The notes under the pieces: model-generated
The model's database searches: none
Seen by the model: the letters and a program-made list of their open reading frames with translations, nothing else
Told to the model about the DNA's origin: nothing
Part shown: positions 31,739 to 39,728 of the stretch, piece after piece
Layout of the letters: every line of letters begins with the position of its first letter
Position numbering within the stretch: the first letter of the stretch is position 1
Position numbers and translations under genes: made by a program
Assembly: GCA_963818475.1 (NCBI GenBank)
Contig: CAWFSF010000002.1
Span: 160,001-224,000 of the forward strand
Direction: 5' to 3'
Length of the DNA: 64,000 nt
From: Nitrospirota bacterium
GTDB lineage: Bacteria > Nitrospirota > UBA9217

Positions 31739-32470
31739 ATGAAGAAGGCCTTACTGGTTGTCGATGACGAAAAACTGATACGCTATGCGATGTCCGCCAT
31801 GCTCGGGAGTGAGGACCGGGAGATCGTGTGCGCAGCCACGGGAACGGAAGCACTGCAGGAGCTCGCGGCGCGGTCCTTCGATCTCTGTTTTTTAGATCTC
31901 CATCTGCCCGATATGAGCGGGATCGACATCATGCATGCGGTTGCGAAGACTGCTGCGGGAACAAAGATCGTCATCATGACCGGCGCCGAAGTCGACGAGG
32001 GCACTATGGCGGATATTCGCCGGAACTCCGCATTATTCCTCACCAAGCCCTTTGATCTTGATCGGGTCAAAATGATTATGGAGCAGCTCCTGGTCAGCGA
32101 TAACACCTCATACCGGGACTATGAGTCGTTCGTTCCCGGCCCTGCAGGCGAACGGAAGCGCTTTGAGCGAAGGCGCGTGGACCGCATCGTGATCACCGGT
32201 GCGGCCGTCAGCATCACGGCAGCCTCCCGGACGCGGCTCAGCGCCGATGTCATGGACATCAGCGAAGCAGGTACGCAGGTCCGCACCGATGTTTTCCTCG
32301 AACCCGGCACCAGGGTCCGCGTTGAGGATGGCGCCACCCGGTACAGTGGCATCATCCGGTGGACCGGGAAGGTGGACGATTCAGGCGGCTGCTGTGCCGG
32401 CATTGAGTTCCTGCACGAAACCGGCGGAGGAGACGGCCGCCCCTACTCGAGGCCGAACTTCTTCGTCTGA
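31739..32470 (+). CDS. Response regulator with REC and PilZ domains
   Basis: LVVDDE, FLDLHLPDMSG, TKPFD; then ERKRFERRR and DISEAG. Confidence 0.88.
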   Translation: MKKALLVVDDEKLIRYAMSAMLGSEDREIVCAATGTEALQELAARSFDLCFLDLHLPDMSGIDIMHAVAKTAAGTKIVIMTGAEVDEGTMADIRRNSALFLTKPFDLDRVKMIMEQLLVSDNTSYRDYESFVPGPAGERKRFERRRVDRIVITGAAVSITAASRTRLSADVMDISEAGTQVRTDVFLEPGTRVRVEDGATRYSGIIRWTGKVDDSGGCCAGIEFLHETGGGDGRPYSRPNFFV

Positions 32471-33828
32471 TACCGCAGCGCGTCGTAGCTGATGCCAAGC
32501 AGTTTAGCCGCCTGCGCCTTGTTATGACTCGTGCGAGCGAGCGCCTGGCTGATCAGGTCGCGCTCCACATCGTCGATGCGCACGCCGCACGCCGGCAGCG
32601 CGAACCGCTCGGGGCTTGCTTCGGCCACGGTCGGCCGCGGCCGCATCAACCATTCCGGCAGATGTCCCGGCATTATCTCCTCTTCGCTCTCAAGGACCAC
32701 CAGCCGCTCTACGAGATTTTTGAGCTCCCGGACGTTGCCGGGCCAACCGTAGGAGGCCAGGCTCCGTTCCGCCTCGGGAGAAAAGCGCTTCACTGTTTTC
32801 TTGTTGTACCTTTTACCTAAGCTTTGGAGAAAATTGCGGGCAATGACCGGGATGTCTTCGGCGCGCTCTCGAAGCGGCGGCACGTGCATGTAGAACGTGT
32901 TGAGCCTGAAGAACAGGTCCGTTCGGAATTCGCCCGATGCGACGGCATCGGCAAGGTTCCGGTTCGTCGTGGAGATCACCGTGACATCGACGGGAATTTC
33001 CCTGCTGCCGCCGACAGGCCGAATGGTCCGCTCCTCGAGCACCCGCAGCAGTTTGCCCTGCAGACTCTGCTTCATGTCGCCGATTTCGTCAAGGAGAATC
33101 GTGCCGTTGTGGGCAAGCTCGAAGAGCCCCTTCTTGTCGGTTTTGGCATCGGTGAAAGAGCCCTTTTCGTGCCCGAAGAGCTCGCTCTCGAGCAGTGTTT
33201 CCGGCAGGGCAGCGCAGTTCACCCTGATGAACGGCGCCAGGCCGGGCCCCACATCCCGGTGCATCAAACGGTGGGCATACCGTGCAAAAAGCTCCTTGCC
33301 GGTCCCGCTCTCGCCGGTGATCAGGATGGTCGACACCGATGCATCGGCCAGTTTTTCGATCTTTTTTTTCAGCTCCTGCACGATCCTGGACCCGCCGAGG
33401 ATCTCCCGGTCAAAGAGTTCGGCGTGGACCTTCCTGAGATACACGACCTCCTGCCGCAGCCTCCCCTTCTCGATGATGTTGCGAATGACGATCTTGACCT
33501 CGTCGATATTGAACGGCTTCGTAAGGTAATCGACGGCGCCGATCTTCATGGCCTTTACCGCGGTTTCCGCGGAATCGTCGGCCGTGAGCATCACCACCTG
33601 CGTTTCAAGCTGCTGCTGCATGATGTCCGTGAGGACCTCGATCCCGCTCCGCACGGGAAGCGTGATATCCAGGAGCACCACGTCCGGCGCCCAGGCCCTG
33701 ATTCTGCCCATCACGTCATCGGCGCCTGATGCCGCGCGCACCTCGTACCCCTCCTCCTTCAGCACCCGGGTGAGCATGATGGTGATAAGTTCGTCGTCAT
33801 CGATCAGAAATATTTTTGACTGGGCCAT
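32443..33828 (-). CDS. Sigma54-dependent NtrC-family response regulator
   Basis: REC domain, GESGTGKE, GSFTDA, LDEIGD, WPGNVRE, Fis-type HTH. Confidence 0.95.
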   Translation of the reverse strand: MAQSKIFLIDDDELITIMLTRVLKEEGYEVRAASGADDVMGRIRAWAPDVVLLDITLPVRSGIEVLTDIMQQQLETQVVMLTADDSAETAVKAMKIGAVDYLTKPFNIDEVKIVIRNIIEKGRLRQEVVYLRKVHAELFDREILGGSRIVQELKKKIEKLADASVSTILITGESGTGKELFARYAHRLMHRDVGPGLAPFIRVNCAALPETLLESELFGHEKGSFTDAKTDKKGLFELAHNGTILLDEIGDMKQSLQGKLLRVLEERTIRPVGGSREIPVDVTVISTTNRNLADAVASGEFRTDLFFRLNTFYMHVPPLRERAEDIPVIARNFLQSLGKRYNKKTVKRFSPEAERSLASYGWPGNVRELKNLVERLVVLESEEEIMPGHLPEWLMRPRPTVAEASPERFALPACGVRIDDVERDLISQALARTSHNKAQAAKLLGISYDALRYQTKKFGLE

Positions 33829-35287
33829 GGGCAAGCACCTCTTTCGGTTCCCTGACGGGAAGCGTAATGAAGAACGAAACTCCGTTGTCGTGGTTATTTT
33901 CAACGCTGATCGTCCCGTTATGCTGTTCGATCAGCTTTTTCGTAATGGCAAGCCCCAGCCCCGTGCCATGCGGTTTGGTCGTAAAGAAGGGCTGGAATAT
34001 CTTGGCGACCACGGCTTCGTCGATCCCGCTGCCCGTGTCGATTATCCAGATCCGGAGGGGTTCACCCGGCCCCGGATCAGCCGTCCGGACGGTGACGGTC
34101 CCGCTGGCGGGCATGGCCTCGGCTGCGTTCAGGAGGAGGTTCATGAACACCTGCTGGAGCTGGAGCGGATCCGCCATGAGCGGCCGCACGTTGGGGGCCA
34201 GCTCGCGCACCACGGTGATGGAATGTCCGTTCTGCGGTGCATACAGCGGGTGTCGCTCGGCGAGGCTGATGGTGGAAGCGATCACGTCGTTCACATCCAC
34301 GGACGAAAAGACCGGTTTCGGCGGCCGCGCGAAATTGAGCATGCTTTTAAGCAGCTGCTCGATACGTTTGGTCTGCTCTACGCCCCTCTTGAGCACGTCA
34401 CGGTTCTCTGCCGTCAGCGACGGATCGCCGGCCAGCACTTCCATCGATGCCTTGATGCCTGCCAGCGGGTTCTTGATCTCGTGGGCCAGCCCGCCCGCCA
34501 TCTCCCCGAGCACCACGAGTTGCTCCGCCCACTGCATGCGAAGACAGTCCTCCCGCAGCGAGTGCGCCATATCGTTGAACGAGGCTGCAACCTCGCCGAA
34601 CTCATCCTGCAGGTGGCCGATCCGATAGCTCAGGTCGCCGTTCTTCAGCTTTCTTGTGGCGGTCAGCAGTTCCTGGACCGGCCTGGTGAATCCCCGGATG
34701 AAAATGGTGGACAGCACGATGGCCGCAAAAGGAACGGCCATGGCAAGGAGGTACAGCATCATCTTGGTGCGCGCTATATCCTGGAATGCCTCCTTCGTCT
34801 GGCTTTCCAGCTTGCTGTTCGCCAGGGTGGTGATGTTTTCAACCTCGGAGATAAGGTCCGTACCAACCCGAAAGGCCCGGTCCTCTTCAGTACGCATCCG
34901 CGCGGCATTCGCCCGCAGCGTGAGCGCCCTGCTCAGTACATTTTTATAATCCTCGACCTGTTTTTTCAGGCCGGTGAGCCTGGCCGTCACCTGTTCATGG
35001 TGATGACAGTCAAAGCACGTCGTGATGCTGCCGCTCATGGTCCGCACATGTTTCACGATCGTATCCATGCTGCGCGCATAAGGGGTGTTCTTCACGTACA
35101 GGTCGGACTGCGCCTGCTTGACCTGTATAAGCAGGTGCTCGCGAAGGATCCCGACCTGGTGGAGCCTGACCAGGCTGTCCATTTCCCTCGTGGCCTGTTC
35201 GATCGTCACGACGGTATAGATGGCGCTCGCGATGAACAGGAGGGAAAAGATGCTCAGTCCTATGATGATTTTCCTTTTCATTGTCAT
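33797..35287 (-). CDS. Sensor histidine kinase with a periplasmic c-heme motif and HAMP domain
   Basis: Two TM helices flank CFDCHH; HAMP (DEFGEVA); AHEIKNPL; GTGLGL. Confidence 0.92.
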   Translation of the reverse strand: MTMKRKIIIGLSIFSLLFIASAIYTVVTIEQATREMDSLVRLHQVGILREHLLIQVKQAQSDLYVKNTPYARSMDTIVKHVRTMSGSITTCFDCHHHEQVTARLTGLKKQVEDYKNVLSRALTLRANAARMRTEEDRAFRVGTDLISEVENITTLANSKLESQTKEAFQDIARTKMMLYLLAMAVPFAAIVLSTIFIRGFTRPVQELLTATRKLKNGDLSYRIGHLQDEFGEVAASFNDMAHSLREDCLRMQWAEQLVVLGEMAGGLAHEIKNPLAGIKASMEVLAGDPSLTAENRDVLKRGVEQTKRIEQLLKSMLNFARPPKPVFSSVDVNDVIASTISLAERHPLYAPQNGHSITVVRELAPNVRPLMADPLQLQQVFMNLLLNAAEAMPASGTVTVRTADPGPGEPLRIWIIDTGSGIDEAVVAKIFQPFFTTKPHGTGLGLAITKKLIEQHNGTISVENNHDNGVSFFITLPVREPKEVLAHGPVKNISDR

Positions 35288-36201
35288 TCATTCATATAAT
35301 GGTAAGTGGCAATATCCAGGCCGGCCTCCCGGGCATACCGGTAGACCGGAGCGTAATCAGCGTTCGTCGTCTCAATGAACTTTTGGGCGCCGAATACGCG
35401 CAATACCGCGCGTCCTTCCGGGTCATGATGCATATTCAGGAGCGCCTCCGTAAGGGCCTTCTTCACGTCATCACCGACGTCCTTCTTCAGGGCAAGTCCG
35501 TTCTCGGGGAACTCCGGCGATCGCTCCAGCACCACGAGGTCGCTCCTGATCGCATTGTTGCCGGCCGCCATACGCTCATAGACCGTGTTTTTCGCGGCCC
35601 CGATATCGGCCCGCCGGTTCAGGACGTCGTTGATCGCATCTTCATGGGTGCCGCTGAAATAGGTCTCCCTGAGATGGGTCCTGAAATCGAGCCCGTGTTT
35701 TTTGAAATAGGCGAGCGGGAGCAGATACCCCGCGGTCGTTGCTTTATCCACAAAGGTGAAGCGTTTTCCCTTCATCTGCCGCACTGACGAGATACCGCTG
35801 TCCCGTCTCGCAAAAATAAGGCCGTAGTAGGTCGACATGCCGTTCAGGTCCACCGGACGGCCGATGACCTCTACACCGAGTTTTTCGTGAGCGAGCGGGT
35901 ATGTAAAGCTGCCGAAGAAGGCGCCGTCGAGGTTTTCGGCGACGAAATTATCGATGATATTGCCGTACCGGGGGAGGATTTTCAGGTTGACGGAAATGCC
36001 GATTTTTTTGGAGAGGTAATTACCAAGCGGCTCGTATCGCTCGATCTGGCGGAACAGGTTGTGCTCGGGAAGGAGGCCGATCTGCATCGTACGTCCCCGT
36101 GCTTCTCCCAAAGGAGGCGCTGTCTCCTGCTTGCTGCACCCCGCCGGGGCCGATAGTACCAGGCAGAGTGCGATTGCTGCATAATGTCGTATATTCTTCA
36201 T
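35284..36201 (-). CDS. PhnD-like substrate-binding lipoprotein coupled to the kinase
   Basis: PAG-C lipobox, FVDKATTAGYLLP, FSGTHE; ATGA overlap with the kinase; no ABC permease adjacent. Confidence 0.85.
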   Translation of the reverse strand: MKNIRHYAAIALCLVLSAPAGCSKQETAPPLGEARGRTMQIGLLPEHNLFRQIERYEPLGNYLSKKIGISVNLKILPRYGNIIDNFVAENLDGAFFGSFTYPLAHEKLGVEVIGRPVDLNGMSTYYGLIFARRDSGISSVRQMKGKRFTFVDKATTAGYLLPLAYFKKHGLDFRTHLRETYFSGTHEDAINDVLNRRADIGAAKNTVYERMAAGNNAIRSDLVVLERSPEFPENGLALKKDVGDDVKKALTEALLNMHHDPEGRAVLRVFGAQKFIETTNADYAPVYRYAREAGLDIATYHYMNE

Positions 36202-36237
36202 AACCAGGTATGCAGACATCGCGAATCGCGACAGGAC

Positions 36238-36339
36238 CAAATCGTAACGCGAGAAGTATGTCCGCTTAGTGAAAAAAGTATCAGGTTACAAATCGTAACG
36301 CGAGAAGTATCAGCTTTAGTGGAAAAAAGTATCAGGTTA
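36238..36339. repeat. Two tandem 51-bp imperfect direct repeats
   Basis: CAAATCGTAACGCGAGAAGTAT...TTAGTG(G)AAAAAAGTATCAGGTTA twice. Confidence 0.85.
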
Positions 36340-36522
36340 CATGACACTTGTACCTAACATATCTCGCGTGTACGACAGTGTCAACAAAGGATGACTTTTT
36401 TTAAATATTGGGGGAAAGTCGACACTAAATAAGCGGAAGTAACAGAAAGGCGCAGTTAGCATTACTTTATTCAGGAAATTTGCAGATTGGTGCCGGCGCA
36501 ACTCAGGGCGCATCAATAAAAC

Positions 36523-37689
36523 TCAGGCATATTGCCCGGCTGCATGACCCGAGGCCCAGGCCCAGTGCAGGTTATAGCCTCCGAGCTCGCCGGTCACATC
36601 CACGACCTCACCGATAAAATACAGTCCCGGCACCGTCCTGGCTTCCATGGTCTTTGATGAAAGCGCTCTGGTGTCCACGCCGCCGGCAGTCACCTCGGCT
36701 ACGCGGTAGCCTTCAGTGCCGCCAGGCGCAAGCTCCCAGGCATGCAGCATCCCGGCGGTCGCGCGCAGGTCTTTCTCTGAATATTGATTGAGCGGTTTGG
36801 AAATCATATGACGTTCGCACCAGACCTGTGCAAAACGCTTCGGGAAATAAGCGGCAAGCAGGTTCTGCATTTCCATCTTGCTGGTCCTCTTTTCCTGGAA
36901 CAGGGCATGGATGTCGATATCCGGAAGCAGGTCGATGACGACGCGCCCGCCCGGAGACCAGAAAGAGGAAGCCTGCAGGATCGCTGGACCGCTCAAGCCC
37001 CGGTGCGTGAACAGAATGTTCCCCCGATAGCGCTTGCCGCCGCATGCCACAAGCGCATCCAGCGAGATGCCTGCCAGATCGCGGATCGATTGCTGATCGT
37101 CTGCCTGCAGCGTGAGCGGCACGAGCCCCGGCTTCGGCGGAACGATCTTGAGCCCGAACTGTTTCGCAATGCGGTGCCCCATATCAGTTGCCCCGAGATT
37201 CGCATAGGACAGCCCGCCCGTGGCAATGACCAGCGATTGCGACGTGAATGTCCCCTGATCGGTCGTCACAGAGAAGGGGCCGGTCTTTTCGATCTGGGTC
37301 ACCTGGTGTTTGGGAAGGATCCGTGCTCCCGCCTTTTCGCATTCTTTCAGGAGCATGGTCAGAATGGCGCGGGAACTGGCCTGGCAGAAAAGCTGGCCTG
37401 CTTCTTTTTCGTAGTAACGGATCTGGTGCTGCTCGACGAGCGAGAGAAAGTCGCGCGGTGTGAACCGGGCCAGGGCGGACCGGCAGAACGGGGGATTGCT
37501 GGACAGATAATGCTCGGCAGCAACATGATGGTTCGTGAAATTACACCGGCCGCCTCCAGAGATGAGGATCTTCCGGCCGACCTGCTCGCTGTGGTCAAGC
37601 ACGGCCACGGAGCGTCCCCGTTTGCCGCATGCAGCCGCGCACATGAGGCCCGAGGCGCCGGCGCCGATGATGATGACGTCGGTCTTCAT
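36523..37689 (-). CDS. HI0933/BaiN-family flavoprotein oxidoreductase
   Basis: IIGAGASG, GRKILISGGGRCNFTN, VTAGGV, GGYNLHWAWASG. Confidence 0.95.
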   Translation of the reverse strand: MKTDVIIIGAGASGLMCAAACGKRGRSVAVLDHSEQVGRKILISGGGRCNFTNHHVAAEHYLSSNPPFCRSALARFTPRDFLSLVEQHQIRYYEKEAGQLFCQASSRAILTMLLKECEKAGARILPKHQVTQIEKTGPFSVTTDQGTFTSQSLVIATGGLSYANLGATDMGHRIAKQFGLKIVPPKPGLVPLTLQADDQQSIRDLAGISLDALVACGGKRYRGNILFTHRGLSGPAILQASSFWSPGGRVVIDLLPDIDIHALFQEKRTSKMEMQNLLAAYFPKRFAQVWCERHMISKPLNQYSEKDLRATAGMLHAWELAPGGTEGYRVAEVTAGGVDTRALSSKTMEARTVPGLYFIGEVVDVTGELGGYNLHWAWASGHAAGQYA

Positions 37690-37732
37690 TTTCGATCGGT
37701 CCCCGGCAGTTTCGGATTAACGATGATTTCGC

Positions 37733-38587
37733 TCACGATCTCAGCTTTATGCGGGCCTTCCGGACCATGGCATCCGGCAGGTAGGATGCTTTGAAGACTC
37801 GCAGGTTCTCCTTGTCCAGGTCCTGCTCGAGGTTCAGGTATTTGTATTTGGCCGGAAGGATCGACGCGAAATTATTGAACATATACTGATACACGCCTTT
37901 GAACTTCGTCCTGGCCTTGGCGAAATGCAGCACATAGGTCTCTTCGTTCAGCTCCTCGCCAAGCACGAACCCTGCCGGTTCGTTCTCCGCGTAGTAGATG
38001 CCTCCGCAGAGCACCAGCTCTTCGTACCGGTCAAGCGCCTCCCGGCAGGGTGCAAAATCAGTCTCTGGCGGGTTCATCTCCGACGTGGCCACCCAGTCGT
38101 TCAGGATAAAGCGGGCCTCTTCGATCCGGTCGTTCGTGAGCGGCTTCGCGTCGTGGCGATATTTTTCAAGGAACTGCTTGAGCAGGTTCCTTTTCTTGTG
38201 CAGGTTCCTTCCCTTGTAGGTGCTCATTTTTTCGACCGTGTAGACGTAATCGGCGTCGCCCTCGGCAAAGGATATTTCGAACTCCTCAGGATCAAAGACG
38301 GACAGCCACATTTCAGGAATGGGGAACAGGTACTCGACCGTGCGCATCAATTCCCGGAGATAGGCGATATCGATCTCCCGAAGGTCCGTCGTCGGCATGA
38401 GATAGGTATGCCCGTCGTAGGAACGGCCCTTGATGAATATCTCCTTGTCCACGACCACTTCGTAATTGTGGTTTTCGCGGAACAGGTAGAGGTTCGGGAA
38501 GGTGTACTCCGAAAGCGGCTGAATGATTTTTTTGAGCAGCGGGCTGAGCAGGTCCTTATGCTCGATGCCAAGCTTTTCGGTCTTCAT
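37733..38587 (-). CDS. DUF2156 (GNAT-like, aminoacyl-phosphatidylglycerol synthase catalytic-type) protein
   Basis: SEYTFPNLYLF, DYVY, HFAKA..KGVYQY, NLEQDL. Confidence 0.85.
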   Translation of the reverse strand: MKTEKLGIEHKDLLSPLLKKIIQPLSEYTFPNLYLFRENHNYEVVVDKEIFIKGRSYDGHTYLMPTTDLREIDIAYLRELMRTVEYLFPIPEMWLSVFDPEEFEISFAEGDADYVYTVEKMSTYKGRNLHKKRNLLKQFLEKYRHDAKPLTNDRIEEARFILNDWVATSEMNPPETDFAPCREALDRYEELVLCGGIYYAENEPAGFVLGEELNEETYVLHFAKARTKFKGVYQYMFNNFASILPAKYKYLNLEQDLDKENLRVFKASYLPDAMVRKARIKLRS

Positions 38588-38689
38588 GCAGTTACTATAA
38601 TAGCTGGCGTGATTTTGTCAAGGCTAATTCGCACGGCAAAAGCGCAGAGAGAGCGGCATAGCCGCTTTTTTTTATGCTATCTTTTATCC

Positions 38690-39523
38690 ATGTACAAAGC
38701 GGTCCTGGCAGCGGTGAATGAACATCTGAACTCGGAGGTCTCTGCGCGTTATGCGCTGCACCTGGCAAAAGAAGCGGGCGCCCGCATCTATTTCTGCTCC
38801 ATTGCCGAGAACGGATTAGGCAAAAAAAGCTTTCATCTTGCAGAAGAAGCGGTGAAGCGGCTGTCGCACCGCGCCCGGGAACTCGGCGTCAGGGCCGACA
38901 GCATCCTTGAGACCGGCAATCCCATCGAGCAGATCAAAAAGATCATTATTTCCGAAAGCATTGATATCACTTTTGCTGCTACCCGGCGGGAAGACGTGGA
39001 GAAGCGCTTTTACGCCCGCACCGTGTCACGCCGTCTTTCCCTCACCCTCCCCTGCTCCGTGGCGCTTGTCCGTGTCGTTCATATGGGCCGCGTGCATCCC
39101 AAGAACATCCTCGTGCCGCTTAAGGCTCGTATCGACCACATTGCAGAGCGGGCCCGTTTTGCCGCCATGATGGGCAGTGCCTTCGACGCCCGCCTCTCCC
39201 TGTTCCATGCTGCCCGGCCCATGGGGCGCTTCTTTCATGGCGAAATCCACCTGACGCCTCTGGAATGGGAGACCAGGCTGCCAAGCGACATCGTCCGCTT
39301 CATCAATGATCTGGACCGCCAGGGGATTCCTTATGATAAAAGACTCACTCCCGGCTCCGCAGGGCTGACCATCACGATCGAGGCCGCAGCGAAGCGGCAC
39401 GACCTTATCATCATGGGCGCCAGCGAACGCAGTCTCCTGAATTCCCTCATCAGGGGCAACCCCGTGGAGCGGGTGCTGCGCCAAACGACCTGTGACCTGA
39501 TCATCCTGAGACCACGGATGTGA
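38690..39523 (+). CDS. Tandem-domain universal stress protein
   Basis: DLIIMGAS..GNPVERVLRQTTCD; start taken at MYKAVL. Confidence 0.85.
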   Translation: MYKAVLAAVNEHLNSEVSARYALHLAKEAGARIYFCSIAENGLGKKSFHLAEEAVKRLSHRARELGVRADSILETGNPIEQIKKIIISESIDITFAATRREDVEKRFYARTVSRRLSLTLPCSVALVRVVHMGRVHPKNILVPLKARIDHIAERARFAAMMGSAFDARLSLFHAARPMGRFFHGEIHLTPLEWETRLPSDIVRFINDLDRQGIPYDKRLTPGSAGLTITIEAAAKRHDLIIMGASERSLLNSLIRGNPVERVLRQTTCDLIILRPRM

Positions 39524-39578
39524 CTCGGATAAGATTCTAGAATCATTTATCAACCTAACCCACACAAACCTGAACAAC

Positions 39579-39686
39579 TTTGCCACGAAGGCACGAAGAC
39601 ACTAAGAACATCTTGAAAATTGTCGAGCTTATCAAACCCCAAAGCCACTAATGCATTTCTTCGTGCCTTCGTGTCTTCGTGGCAAA
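39579..39686. repeat. REP/MITE-like inverted repeat
   Basis: TTTGCCACGAAGGCACGAAGACAC ... GTGCCTTCGTGTCTTCGTGGCAAA with an internal 9-mer periodicity. Confidence 0.75.
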
Positions 39687-39728
39687 ATAATTTTTCCGTT
39701 TTGCATTTAACTTGATTCGTAACTAACT

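Noticed and set aside
33548-35299. 583-aa plus-strand ORF
   Set aside because: Antisense to the well-supported kinase and response regulator; no motifs
35284-36201. Phosphonate ABC transporter
   Set aside because: No permease or ATPase nearby; the gene is translationally coupled to a sensor kinase
37925-38689. N-terminal extension of the USP ORF
   Set aside because: Antisense to the DUF2156 gene; USP similarity starts at 38690
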